Shown here: positions 50,975-60,742 of the stretch, in pieces | Layout: each line of letters opens with the position of its first letter | Position numbering within the stretch: the first letter of the stretch is position 1 | DNA from: Alphaproteobacteria bacterium | GTDB taxonomy: Bacteria > Pseudomonadota > Alphaproteobacteria > RF32 > CAG-239 | Length of the DNA: 64,000 bases | Assembly: GCA_045597005.1 (NCBI GenBank) | Contig: JAZODJ010000028.1 | Span: forward strand, 12,768-76,767 | Direction of reading: 5' to 3' | Made by a program: the position numbers and the translations under genes | The notes under the pieces: model-generated | What the model was told of the DNA's origin: nothing | Databases searched by the model: none | What the model saw: only the letters and a program-made list of their open reading frames with translations

Positions 50975-51008
50975 AGCAAAAAACCCCGATTATAAAAACG
51001 GGGTTTTT
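50975..51008 (-). terminator. intrinsic terminator after rpoA
   Basis: Stem AAACCCCG/CGGGGTTT (50981..50988 / 50999..51006); U-run on the minus strand (complement of 50977..50983). Confidence 0.7.
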
Positions 51009-51016
51009 GCTACTTT

Positions 51017-52027
51017 TTAGAAGTGTTCATCAACACGACGAATCAAATCCTCAATATTCTCTGGCGGCCAACCCGGAGTATCCATACCCAAATGAATACC
51101 CATCTTAGCCAAAACTTCTTTGATTTCATTCAAAGATTTACGACCAAAGTTTGGTGTACGAAGCATTTCTGCTTCTGTTTTTTGAACCAAATCACCAATA
51201 TAAACAATATTATCATTCTTCAAGCAGTTTGCAGAACGAACAGAAAGTTCAAGCTCTTCAACCTTCTTCAAAAGATTACGATTAAACGGTAACTCTTCTT
51301 TTTCTTGTGTTACTTCAGCTTCAGGCTCATCAAAATTAATGAATGGCTTCAACTGATCTTGTAAAATTCTTGCAGCATAAGCAACTGCATCTTCCGGAGT
51401 AACAACACCGTTTGTTTCAACAATCAAAGTCAATTTATCATAGTCTGTAGCTTGACCGACACGAGTATTCTCTACTTTATAAGAAACCTTTCTTACCGGA
51501 GAATAAATAGCATCAACCGGAATAACACCGATAGGAGTATCTGCAGTTTTATTTTGAGCCGCCGGAATATAACCTTTTCCTGTATTAACAGTCATTTCCA
51601 TATTAAGTTTTGCGCCGGCATCCAAATTACAAATAACCAAATCAGGATTCATAATTTCAACATCATGCCCTGTTTCAATCATTGCAGCTGTAACAACACA
51701 AGGTCCTTCAGCTTTCAATGACATAGTCTTTGTACCCTCGCTATGAACAGCCACAGCCAAACACTTAACATTCAAAACGATATCGGTAACATCTTCTCTA
51801 ACACCCGGAATTACCGAAAATTCATGCAACACTCCGTCAATTTTTATACTGGTAACAGCACCGCCTTGCAAAGACGAAAGCAACACTCTGCGAAGAGCGT
51901 TACCCAAAGTCAACCCAAATCCTCTTTCCAAAGGTTCTACGACTATTTTAGTCTTATTTGCTCCATCCAAAGCATTAACATCCAAATTAGTCGGTTTAAT
52001 AAGTTCTTGCCAATTTTTTTGAATCAC
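51017..52027 (-). CDS. rpoA: DNA-directed RNA polymerase subunit alpha
   Basis: ORF extends to 52063, but GTG at 52027, 7 nt after AGAGGG, yields the canonical [13 protein letters not shown]-terminus; NTD plus CTD ([11 protein letters not shown]). Confidence 0.9.
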   Translation of the reverse strand: MIQKNWQELIKPTNLDVNALDGANKTKIVVEPLERGFGLTLGNALRRVLLSSLQGGAVTSIKIDGVLHEFSVIPGVREDVTDIVLNVKCLAVAVHSEGTKTMSLKAEGPCVVTAAMIETGHDVEIMNPDLVICNLDAGAKLNMEMTVNTGKGYIPAAQNKTADTPIGVIPVDAIYSPVRKVSYKVENTRVGQATDYDKLTLIVETNGVVTPEDAVAYAARILQDQLKPFINFDEPEAEVTQEKEELPFNRNLLKKVEELELSVRSANCLKNDNIVYIGDLVQKTEAEMLRTPNFGRKSLNEIKEVLAKMGIHLGMDTPGWPPENIEDLIRRVDEHF

Positions 52028-52131
52028 TGGAATGCCCTCTAAGTTTCTAAAATGCATATGCAAAGTTCAATAAAAAAGCTCAAAGATTGCGGAGCCTTTG
52101 CTTTCTCTCCGCAATCCCTACGAGCCAAATA

Positions 52132-52524
52132 CTATACGCGGCGTCTTTTCTTCAATCTGCAGCCGTTATGAGGAATAGGAGTTACATCACGAATTGTTGT
52201 AATAGTAAAACCGATAACCTGCAAAGCTCTAATGGCCGATTCTCTTCCAGACCCCGGACCTTTAACTTCAACTTCCAAAGTCTTCATCCCATGTTCCTGA
52301 GCCTTTTTACCGGCTTCTTCAGCAGCAACCTGAGCTGCATAAGGAGTAGACTTTCTGGAACCTTTAAAACCTTGAGCACCAGCAGTTGACCAAGACACTG
52401 TATTGCCTTGAGCATCTGTAATAGTAACTCTGGTATTATTGAAAGAAGAATCTATATGAGCAACACCTGCGGAAATATTCTTCTTTTCTTTTCTTTTAAT
52501 ACGTTGTGATACTGCTTTTGCCAT
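52132..52524 (-). CDS. rpsK: 30S ribosomal protein S11
   Basis: [17 protein letters not shown]...; [14 protein letters not shown]; ATG 52524 seven nt after AAGGTGA. Confidence 0.9.
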   Translation of the reverse strand: MAKAVSQRIKRKEKKNISAGVAHIDSSFNNTRVTITDAQGNTVSWSTAGAQGFKGSRKSTPYAAQVAAEEAGKKAQEHGMKTLEVEVKGPGSGRESAIRALQVIGFTITTIRDVTPIPHNGCRLKKRRRV

Positions 52525-52536
52525 CTTCAAATCACC

Positions 52537-52905
52537 TTATTTCTTCTTATTAGCAACAGTTTTACGTTTACCTTTACGAGTACGGGCATTTTGTTTTGTA
52601 CTCTGACCTCTCACAGGCAAACCTTTACGATGACGCAAACCTCTGTAGCAACCGAGATCCATCAATCTTTTGATGTTTACGCCGACTTCACGACGAAGCT
52701 CACCCTCAACAACAACATCATTGTCGATAACTTCACGAATTTTAGCAACTTCTTCATCACTCAACTCATGAACACGGCGCTCAGCAGAAACACCGGATTT
52801 TTTACAAATGTCCTGAGCAGTTTTTCTACCAATGCCATAGATATAAGTCAAAGCAACTTCAATTTTCTTGGCAGTTGGAATATTTACACCAGCTATACGA
52901 GCCAA
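52537..52905 (-). CDS. rpsM: 30S ribosomal protein S13
   Basis: [10 protein letters not shown]...ALTYIYGIG...[24 protein letters not shown]. Confidence 0.95.
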   Translation of the reverse strand: MARIAGVNIPTAKKIEVALTYIYGIGRKTAQDICKKSGVSAERRVHELSDEEVAKIREVIDNDVVVEGELRREVGVNIKRLMDLGCYRGLRHRKGLPVRGQSTKQNARTRKGKRKTVANKKK

Positions 52906-53065
52906 ATTAACTCTCCATTTTTAAAATTAAACCACATTCAAAAAGTTGATCACCACTTTTCAAAATTAAGCCGGATTATATGACAAAATTTCTTGGTGTC
53001 AACCAAAGATTTAACAAAAATTCCAAAAAAATGCACTTTTTCAGAATCATATCCTCCAAAAACAA

Positions 53066-53737
53066 CTATGCAACAGCCAACAATCCGTCAATTTTGCTTG
53101 CAACCGCTGTTATTGAGCCTGTTCCGTCTACACAACGCAACAATCCCAATTTTTCAAAATACGGAATTGTCGGATAAGTCAACGCTCTATAATTAACGAG
53201 TCGATTTTGCACCGTTGTTCTGTTATCATCGATTCGACGATAAAATTCTGTACCGCCACATTCATCACAAACACCATAAACTTTTGGCTTCTGGTGTTTG
53301 TCATGATATCCATGGCCACACTTCATACAAGAATAACGTCCTAATATACGCTCCATAATAATCTCATCAGGAACTTGTATTTCAACAACCGCATCCAATG
53401 TTATCCCTTTTTTCTCAAGCATCTCAGCCAAAACTTCCGCTTGAGGCAAAGTACGAGGAAAACCATCCAAAATAAATCCGTTTGCACAATCCTCTTGCTC
53501 GATTCTTTTTTCAAGCATTTGAATAATCATCTCATCCGGAACCAAATTTCCGCCATCAATCAAAGCTTTGATTTCCAGCCCCAACTGAGAACCTGTCTGT
53601 GCCTCAGCTCTCAACATTTCTCCTGTTGACAAATGAGGAATAGCCACCCGCTCCTTCAACAAGCGAGCTTGAGTTCCCTTTCCGCATCCCGGAGCGCCAG
53701 TCAAAACAATATGCAATCCCAATCCGTTGCTGTTCAT
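53066..53737 (-). CDS. adk: adenylate kinase (zinc-lid type)
   Basis: GAPGCGKGTQA P-loop; lid CMKCGHGYH...CDECGG. Confidence 0.9.
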   Translation of the reverse strand: MNSNGLGLHIVLTGAPGCGKGTQARLLKERVAIPHLSTGEMLRAEAQTGSQLGLEIKALIDGGNLVPDEMIIQMLEKRIEQEDCANGFILDGFPRTLPQAEVLAEMLEKKGITLDAVVEIQVPDEIIMERILGRYSCMKCGHGYHDKHQKPKVYGVCDECGGTEFYRRIDDNRTTVQNRLVNYRALTYPTIPYFEKLGLLRCVDGTGSITAVASKIDGLLAVA

Positions 53738-53739
53738 TT

Positions 53740-55089
53740 TTACTTTCTCTTTCTAGATGCAAGCTGAGCCTTACGGATCAAACCTTCATATTGATAAGCA
53801 ATCAAATGAGACTGTATCTGTCCGACAAAATCCATAGTAACCTGAACCACGATAAGCAATGTTGTTCCACCCAAAATAAACGGAACAGAAAGTTTGCTTA
53901 TCAATATCTCCGGCAATATACACAACCCGACCAAATACACAGCACCCAAAACAGTCAATCGCGTAATAACATAATCCAGATACTCTGCCGTATTTTTACC
54001 CGGTCTTATACCTGCCACAAAACCACCGTGTTTTTTCAAATTATCGGCTGTTTCTTCCGGATTAAACACAATTGCGGTATAAAAGAATGCAAAAAACGCA
54101 ATCAAAAAGGCATACAAAGCCAAATACAAAGGCTGACCGTGTCCGAGCATTTGAGACAAACTCTGAACCCAAGCCGGACCGTTTTCTGCAGTCAAATTAG
54201 CAACAGTTATCGGCAACAACAACAAAGAACTTGCAAAAATCGGAGGAATAACTCCTGTCGGGTTAATCTTCAACGGCAAATGTGAGCTTTCTGCAGCACC
54301 CATTCTTCCCATAACCTGACGCTTTGGATATTGAATAATGATTTTACGTTGAGCTCTTTCAACCAATATAATCAAATAAACCAAAGCCACAGCCATAACC
54401 AACAACATCAAAATAACACCGGCAGACATCGAACCGACACGCCCCAATTCAAAAGTTTGTGCCAAAGCCGCCGGAATATTAGCGATAATACCAACCGTAA
54501 TAATTAATGAAGAACCATTACCTACACCACGAGCCGTAATTTGTTCACCCAACCAAACAATAAACATTGTACCGCCGACAAGCGAAATAATGGTTGTAAA
54601 CTTAAATACAAACCCCGGCAACAAAACTGCAGACACTCCGGTTGATCCACTCATACTTTCCAAGCCTACAGCAATACCATAACCTTGAATAATTGTAATC
54701 AAAACAGTCAAATAACGAGTATATTGCGTAATTTTACGATGTCCGGCCTCGCCTTCTTTTTTCAAAGATTGCAAAGAAGGAATAATCGACTGTCCCAACT
54801 GAACAATAATTGATGCCGAAATATAAGGCATAATATTTAAAGCAAAAATAGTCATACGTTCCAAGGCACCGCCGGCAAACATATTAAACATCCCCAACAA
54901 TCCGCCTGAATTTTGAGCAAACAATTCAGCCACCACTGTCGGATCTATCCCCGGCAAAGGCACAAATGTACCAACTCTGAACACAATCAAAGCCAACACG
55001 GTAAACCACAATCTTTTCTTTAATTCTTCAGCTTTTCCAAAGGCTGACATATCAACATTTGCAGCCATTTTTTCTGCTAACGAAACCAT
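53740..55089 (-). CDS. secY: preprotein translocase subunit SecY
   Basis: 449 aa, 10 TM segments; LNIMPYISASIIVQL, GEQITARGVGNGSSLII. Confidence 0.95.
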   Translation of the reverse strand: MVSLAEKMAANVDMSAFGKAEELKKRLWFTVLALIVFRVGTFVPLPGIDPTVVAELFAQNSGGLLGMFNMFAGGALERMTIFALNIMPYISASIIVQLGQSIIPSLQSLKKEGEAGHRKITQYTRYLTVLITIIQGYGIAVGLESMSGSTGVSAVLLPGFVFKFTTIISLVGGTMFIVWLGEQITARGVGNGSSLIITVGIIANIPAALAQTFELGRVGSMSAGVILMLLVMAVALVYLIILVERAQRKIIIQYPKRQVMGRMGAAESSHLPLKINPTGVIPPIFASSLLLLPITVANLTAENGPAWVQSLSQMLGHGQPLYLALYAFLIAFFAFFYTAIVFNPEETADNLKKHGGFVAGIRPGKNTAEYLDYVITRLTVLGAVYLVGLCILPEILISKLSVPFILGGTTLLIVVQVTMDFVGQIQSHLIAYQYEGLIRKAQLASRKRK

Positions 55090-55303
55090 TTTATTATCCT
55101 TATATTTTCATTTAAAACAAAACATCAGACTATTATCTAGCCATTTTAAGTCAAAATATTAATACAACAAAAAATTTTTTATGCAACTAATTTAATTTTA
55201 TCCAATAAAAAATCTCCTCATTAAATCTATTTTAACTTTTCATCTGTTAAAAGCATAAATTAGATGAGTCTATGTATCAAAAATGGCGATTCTTTTTAGA
55301 CAC

Positions 55304-55384
55304 TGTCATTACGATTCAGCTTTAGCTGACGAAGCAGTCAACCACTTCTCTGTCACTGCGAGGAGTGACAACGACGAAGCAGTC
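55304..55384. repeat. tandem GC-rich imperfect repeat (two ~35-45-nt units)
   Basis: TGTCATTACGA...GACGAAGCAGTC (55304..55339) and TGTCACTGCGAGGAGTGACAACGACGAAGCAGTC (55351..55384); 12-mer GACGAAGCAGTC exact at 55328 and 55373. Confidence 0.6.
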
Positions 55385-55478
55385 CATAAAAGGAAGCCAT
55401 GAAACAAAATGTCATCCCTTTTTGATGAGGCATTCCTCATCAAAATCAAGGGATCTCATCAAAAAAAACAAAAAAGTT

Positions 55479-55507
55479 TTGCTAGTGACGTCAAAATGTG
55501 ATATAAT
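55479..55507 (+). promoter_or_regulatory. near-consensus promoter of the autotransporter gene
   Basis: TTGCTA (55479..55484), 17 nt, TATAAT (55502..55507) with TG at the extended -10 position. Confidence 0.55.
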
Positions 55508-55545
55508 AAAAGATATTTTAAGGACTAAAAAAGGAGGATATCCTC

Positions 55546-55611
55546 ATGTTAAAACAGAATGTTAACGTCGTAACCCGTTGTATTTCCCTTAAAAATCGTG
55601 GGGGGGGGTAA
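55546..55611 (+). other. orphaned 5' end of the autotransporter gene (start codon and n-region of signal peptide, closed by a stop after the G9 tract)
   Basis: AGGAGG 55532..55537, ATG 55546, MLKQNVNVVTRCISLKNRGGG then TAA 55609..55611. Confidence 0.7.
55600..55608 (+). repeat. homopolymeric G9 tract (candidate slipped-strand phase-variation switch)
   Basis: Nine consecutive G read directly; lies between the ATG frame and the frame of the 990-aa ORF. Confidence 0.9.
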
Positions 55612-55709
55612 AGCCTCTTTTATATAGTCTTGCGCTTAGCACTGCTCTTGTTTCTCCTACCTTTGCCGAAATTACACCTCCTGAAATCAATGTTGAATAC
55701 CTAAATAAT

Positions 55710-58682
55710 TTGACCAAAGACAAAGTACTCTGGGAAGAAGCAACAGAAACTGACACCGACACAATTTCAATTAATGGCAACTATTATAAATACACCGACA
55801 TCAACACTGAAACATCAACCAACCCCGATGATATAACTGATAATTATATCAGACATCATGTTAACGGATCTGAAAACGATTACTCCTACACCGCTACCGG
55901 TGGGGCTATTTTTATAACGAGCGATACAAACAATATAACCGGAAACTTTATTGATAATCATGCCGAAGCTGGTCGTGTTTCTTCTATTTGGGATTATAAC
56001 CTTTGGGATTTTTATTCTTGGGGTGGTGCTCTTTATAATGGTGGCACCATAAATAACATTACCGGTAGTTTCTTTAATAATAGAGCTATTGCATATGATG
56101 AGGGCAGTTGGGGCGGCGCTATTTTTAACTGGGGTGTTATTAACAATATTTCCGGTGACTTTATCGGAAACTCTGCTGACACCGGAGGAGCTATTTTTAA
56201 TGCTGATAATGGAATTATTAACAATATAACAGGTAATTTTATTAATAATATAGTTTATAACGAAGGTGGCGCTATTGCTAATGGAGGTTCCGATGGCACT
56301 GACCATGGTGCTTTTGGCGGTGGCACAATAACATTAACCAACAGTAATTTTTATAACAACTCTGCCTTCCAAGGAGGAGCTATCTTTAATGGTTCTAACT
56401 GGGATAGTAATGCCGGTGGCATTATAAATATCAAAGCCGACAACGGCGAAAGTATTTTCTCCGGAAATAAGGAAGAATACTATGATTATGATACTGGTGA
56501 AACCATAAAAAAATCCAACGCTATCCATTCTTATGGCGGTGAGATTAATCTCGAAGCAACCAACAATGGTATCATTCATTTTGATGACGGAATTGTCTTA
56601 AACAACACCTCTTTCAACATCAATGGCGATGATAGCGGCAGTATTACATTTAACGGATTAATTGAAGCAACAGATTCAACTATTATCCAATCTTCTTCAA
56701 ATGTTTTCTTTGGTTCCGGTTCTCCTATAAAAGGTTATGCTTATAACCTTATTGCCGGCACTCTTAACAATGCAATCGTTGATGATGGCGGAACTTTAAC
56801 AGCAACCGATGCTGCCAAGATTATTAATCTGTTAGCTAAAAGCGGTTCAACAATCGACCTTGCTTCTAACACCAATCTCAGTGGCGATATCCGTTTTGAT
56901 GTTGATGCAACATTGCAAGGCAACTTTGATTATAACAAAATCTTTGATGAGATTGTTGAAGAAACCGGCTCTTTAACTTTAGAGGGTGGTATTAACGCTG
57001 CTTTAAGCCAAGATTCGTTAGTAAACACCTCCGAAAACAAAAGTTTAGTATTAAGTAGCGGAAACTTTGAAGTCGGTTCCGGTGTTCAAGAAGTATCGGG
57101 ATGGAAAGAACTTAATGTAACCGATAATGCAACCGTTAAATTAGCCGGTGATATTGCATTGGCTGAAACTCAAAACAAAATGAACCTTCTAAGCGGTTCA
57201 ACTTTGGACTTAGCCGGAAACTCTCCTTTGATAGCCACAATAGATGGGTCTGTTAATAATGATGGCAATATGACATTTACTCACGCAACAGATGGTGCTG
57301 ATGACGTTATTACAATCAAAGGAAACTATAAAGCATATAAAAATGCTATGATGACAATAGATGTTGATGTTGCCAATAACACTGCTGATATTTTAACAAT
57401 TGAAGGAGATGTCATCGGACGTACTCGTGTAGTTATCAATCCTATTAATGACAATGGTGGTACTGCCACCATGACCGATAAAGCATTGTTTGTTGAAGCT
57501 CCAAATGATGATACCTCAACCGGTGCTTATTTTGATGTATATCGTATGGTAGCAGATGCACGTGTTTGGAACAGTTATTACGAAAATAACAAATGGTACG
57601 TAGGAACAAGTAACGTTATTGCTAATTCACAAAGCGGTTATGGTAATACCGATGATGATGAAGAACTGGTGTTAGGTGGTAACAATAGCGGAAATAATGA
57701 TAATACTGTTAATATTACTCAACCTAAACCGCAAGTTGTATCCGAAGCAATTGCCTATATGAGCCTGCCAAGAATAGGTTTGGAACAAACTAAAGACCTT
57801 ATGAGGGTTGTTTCCAACAAAGTTACATCATCTAAAATCATGAGCGGACGTTGCGGAATGGGCGAATGTAACTATGACGGACAAGCCGTAAACGGAGCAT
57901 GGATAGATTTGGGACACAAAAAGTCTGAGATTGATGCTCCGGTAGCGGTTGAGGCTAAGATAAATGCCGTAGATTTAGGATTTGATATTCAAAAAGACTT
58001 GCATAATCGTTTAGGTATATTTGCATCATATCGCCAAGGCGAATATGAGCTATCCGGCGACGGCGAAGACTATTATGCCAAAGAAGGGGCTGATATCGAT
58101 ATCGACAGTTGGATACTTGGTTTGTATCATCGTTATGATTATGGCAGATTATGGACTATGTCATCAATTTATGGCGGTATCCAAAAAGTTGATATGAGTA
58201 CTGATGACGGAGTAAGTTCTGATACTGACGGTATACAGTTTGGCGGAAGTGTTGAGGCGGGATTGGTATTTGAACCGCAAAAACGATTAACCATCGAACC
58301 GAGTATCAGATTAGGCTATAACTTCATCAAATATGATGATATGTCTGATAGTTATGGCAAGACGGCTGAGTTTGACAATGTTCAAAATATAGAGGCTGAA
58401 GCCGGTGTTAAGGTTGAAAAGACCTTCTTCCACAACAACCGCCGTGTAATCAGTAAGATTTATGTTAAACCGAGTATTATCAAAAACTTTGGTAAAGGTG
58501 ATGTCAACATAACCTCGCTTGATACGGTTGAAGGACTTGAAAACGAAACCTTAATCCGAGGCGAGATTGGCGGAAGCTTTAACTTTGGCAACGGATGGAG
58601 CGGATTTGGCTCACTGGGTTATACCTATGGTTCTGATTACAACGCAACTGACTTTAACCTCGGGGTTAATTATAATTGGTAA
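55710..58682 (+). CDS. Pmp-repeat autotransporter (passenger plus C-terminal beta-barrel); as-called ORF, true gene probably 55546..58682 with a frameshift at G9
   Basis: 990 aa; six GGA[IL] ... FxxN repeat pairs in the first ~230 aa; C-terminal ~280 aa alternating beta-strand pattern ending GVNYNW; frame open upstream to 55593 encoding the signal-peptide core. Confidence 0.85.
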   Translation: MTKDKVLWEEATETDTDTISINGNYYKYTDINTETSTNPDDITDNYIRHHVNGSENDYSYTATGGAIFITSDTNNITGNFIDNHAEAGRVSSIWDYNLWDFYSWGGALYNGGTINNITGSFFNNRAIAYDEGSWGGAIFNWGVINNISGDFIGNSADTGGAIFNADNGIINNITGNFINNIVYNEGGAIANGGSDGTDHGAFGGGTITLTNSNFYNNSAFQGGAIFNGSNWDSNAGGIINIKADNGESIFSGNKEEYYDYDTGETIKKSNAIHSYGGEINLEATNNGIIHFDDGIVLNNTSFNINGDDSGSITFNGLIEATDSTIIQSSSNVFFGSGSPIKGYAYNLIAGTLNNAIVDDGGTLTATDAAKIINLLAKSGSTIDLASNTNLSGDIRFDVDATLQGNFDYNKIFDEIVEETGSLTLEGGINAALSQDSLVNTSENKSLVLSSGNFEVGSGVQEVSGWKELNVTDNATVKLAGDIALAETQNKMNLLSGSTLDLAGNSPLIATIDGSVNNDGNMTFTHATDGADDVITIKGNYKAYKNAMMTIDVDVANNTADILTIEGDVIGRTRVVINPINDNGGTATMTDKALFVEAPNDDTSTGAYFDVYRMVADARVWNSYYENNKWYVGTSNVIANSQSGYGNTDDDEELVLGGNNSGNNDNTVNITQPKPQVVSEAIAYMSLPRIGLEQTKDLMRVVSNKVTSSKIMSGRCGMGECNYDGQAVNGAWIDLGHKKSEIDAPVAVEAKINAVDLGFDIQKDLHNRLGIFASYRQGEYELSGDGEDYYAKEGADIDIDSWILGLYHRYDYGRLWTMSSIYGGIQKVDMSTDDGVSSDTDGIQFGGSVEAGLVFEPQKRLTIEPSIRLGYNFIKYDDMSDSYGKTAEFDNVQNIEAEAGVKVEKTFFHNNRRVISKIYVKPSIIKNFGKGDVNITSLDTVEGLENETLIRGEIGGSFNFGNGWSGFGSLGYTYGSDYNATDFNLGVNYNW

Positions 58683-58688
58683 GTACGT

Positions 58689-58720
58689 AAAAAGCTCTCT
58701 TTTCAAAAGAGAGCTTTTTT
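58689..58720. terminator. bidirectional intrinsic terminator (autotransporter / ftsH)
   Basis: AAAAGCTCTCTTTT CAAA AGAGAGCTTTTTT. Confidence 0.75.
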
Positions 58721-58733
58721 GCTGACAACTATT

Positions 58734-60599
58734 CTACAACTCAGGTATCGAAGCCTTTGTTCTTTTTTCTTCAGCCACAGGAGCATCACCTGATTTGCTA
58801 ATCTCTTTTCCGGCGAGTAAATCCTTAATTTCTTCACCGGTCAATGTTTCATATTCCATCAACGCCTCTGAAAGCTTTTCCCAGTCTTCTTTATGTTCTT
58901 GCAAAAGCTTTTTAGCTCCTTCATAACCACCAACAACCAACGATTTTATTTCAGCATCAACCAATTTGGCTGTTTCTTCACTCATATTTTTACTCTGAGT
59001 TACCGATTTTCCTAAAAATACTTCTCCCGTATTTTCGGCATATAAAACAGGACCGAGTTTCTCGCTCATCCCCCATTCCGTAACCATAGAACGAGCCAAA
59101 TTCGTTGCTGCCGCAATATCCGATGACGCACCCGAAGTAATTTTTTTCGAACCGAATTTTAATTCCTCGGCAACACGTCCTCCCATCATTATAATCAACC
59201 GAGAAAGCATCTTAGTCTTAGAATATGAATATTGATCTTTTTCCGGCAACTGCTGTACCATACCCAAAGCACGTCCACGCGGAATAATGGTTGCCTTATG
59301 AATAGGATCTGTCTCTTCTACAAACAATGAACAAATTGCATGTCCGGCTTCATGATATGCCGTCAGCTTTTTCTCATTTTCATCCATAGCCATAGACTTA
59401 CGCTCTGCTCCCATCAAAACCTTATCTTTGGCTTCATCAAAATCTTTTGATGTTACCTTTGTCTTATTTTTTCTGGCAGCCAACAACGCCGCTTCGTTTA
59501 CCAAATTGGCTAAATCAGCTCCCGAAAACCCCGGAGTCCCTCGTGCAATAACCGACAAGTTTACATCTTTAGCCAATGGAACCTTTTTAACGTGAACTTT
59601 CAAAATTTCTTCACGTCCTTTCTTATCCGGATTCGTAACAGTAACCTGCCTATCAAAACGTCCGGGACGCAACAATGCCGGATCCAAAACATCGGGTCTG
59701 TTGGTTGCTGCTATTAAAATAACATTTTCTTTTTCTTCAAAACCATCCATTTCAACCAACAGTTGGTTTAATGTCTGCTCGCGCTCATCATTACCACCGC
59801 CAAGACCTGCTCCACGATGACGTCCGACAGCATCTATCTCATCAATAAAAAGCAAACACGGTGCATTTTTTTTGGCTTGTGCAAACATATCCCTAACACG
59901 CGATGCACCAACACCGACAAACATTTCAACAAAATCTGAACCGGAAATCGAAAAAAACGGCACATCAGCTTCGCCGGCAACAGCTTTTGCCAGCAAGGTT
60001 TTACCGGGTCCCGGATGCCCCACCATCAAAACACCTTTCGGTATCTTACCGCCCAGTCTTTGAAACTTCATTGGATCTTTCAAAAAGTCGATAACTTCTT
60101 CCAACTCTTGTTTAGCTTCATCAGCACCGGCAACATCTGCAAAAGTAATTTTTTTGGTATTTTCAATCAATCTTGCACGAGACTTTCCAAAACTCATTGC
60201 CTTATTATTTCCGGCATTTGCTTGACGCATAAAAAATACCCAAACACCAATAAGCAACAACATCGGAAACCACGAAATAAACATTCCCCACAAATTATCT
60301 CCGGTTGTATCTTCCGGAGCAGCCGTCACTTTAACATCATTCTTACGCAAGTTTTCAACCATTGTCGGATCATACGGAGCATATGTATAAAATTTTGTTC
60401 CGTTAGTAGCCGTACCATTAATACTTGCACCACTTATTGTAACTTCTGAAATTTGTTTATTTTCAACTTTATCCATAAAATCAGAAAACGCCAATTTTTC
60501 GGCACCTGTTTTTGCAACTCCACCACCGACAACACTTGTTATCAATGATAACGCAACAAAAACACCAAGCCAAATTAAAAAACTTTTTCCCATTCCCAT
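58734..60599 (-). CDS. ftsH: ATP-dependent zinc metalloprotease FtsH
   Basis: 621 aa; [26 protein letters not shown] zinc site. Confidence 0.95.
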   Translation of the reverse strand: MGMGKSFLIWLGVFVALSLITSVVGGGVAKTGAEKLAFSDFMDKVENKQISEVTISGASINGTATNGTKFYTYAPYDPTMVENLRKNDVKVTAAPEDTTGDNLWGMFISWFPMLLLIGVWVFFMRQANAGNNKAMSFGKSRARLIENTKKITFADVAGADEAKQELEEVIDFLKDPMKFQRLGGKIPKGVLMVGHPGPGKTLLAKAVAGEADVPFFSISGSDFVEMFVGVGASRVRDMFAQAKKNAPCLLFIDEIDAVGRHRGAGLGGGNDEREQTLNQLLVEMDGFEEKENVILIAATNRPDVLDPALLRPGRFDRQVTVTNPDKKGREEILKVHVKKVPLAKDVNLSVIARGTPGFSGADLANLVNEAALLAARKNKTKVTSKDFDEAKDKVLMGAERKSMAMDENEKKLTAYHEAGHAICSLFVEETDPIHKATIIPRGRALGMVQQLPEKDQYSYSKTKMLSRLIIMMGGRVAEELKFGSKKITSGASSDIAAATNLARSMVTEWGMSEKLGPVLYAENTGEVFLGKSVTQSKNMSEETAKLVDAEIKSLVVGGYEGAKKLLQEHKEDWEKLSEALMEYETLTGEEIKDLLAGKEISKSGDAPVAEEKRTKASIPEL

Positions 60600-60742
60600 A
60601 ATATCGTTATCCTAATAAAAATTTATAACTTTAAATATATATAGTTTTTTAATTTTCAAAACACAAGCTTTTGTTCAATTCATTCCAACAAAAAAAGCTG
60701 CCCCTTACAGAACAGCTTTTTTCTCTAAAGACTCAAGCAAAA

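Noticed and set aside
55365-55780. ORFs 55365..55565 (+) and 55589..55780 (-) upstream of the autotransporter
   Set aside because: They span the repeat/palindrome region, the promoter and the G9 tract. The same DNA is better explained as the regulatory region plus the frameshifted 5' end of the autotransporter gene.
385-60449. Many 60-165-aa ORFs in the track that lie antisense to, or out of frame within, strongly recognisable genes (e.g. 385..675, 1321..1614, 6432..6929, 23387..23749, 48124..48492, 49597..50064, 51023..52042, 53791..54285, 60015..60449)
   Set aside because: They are fully embedded in genes with clear family motifs. They have low-complexity or odd composition and no SD/start context. 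They are typical shadow ORFs of an A/T-rich genome.
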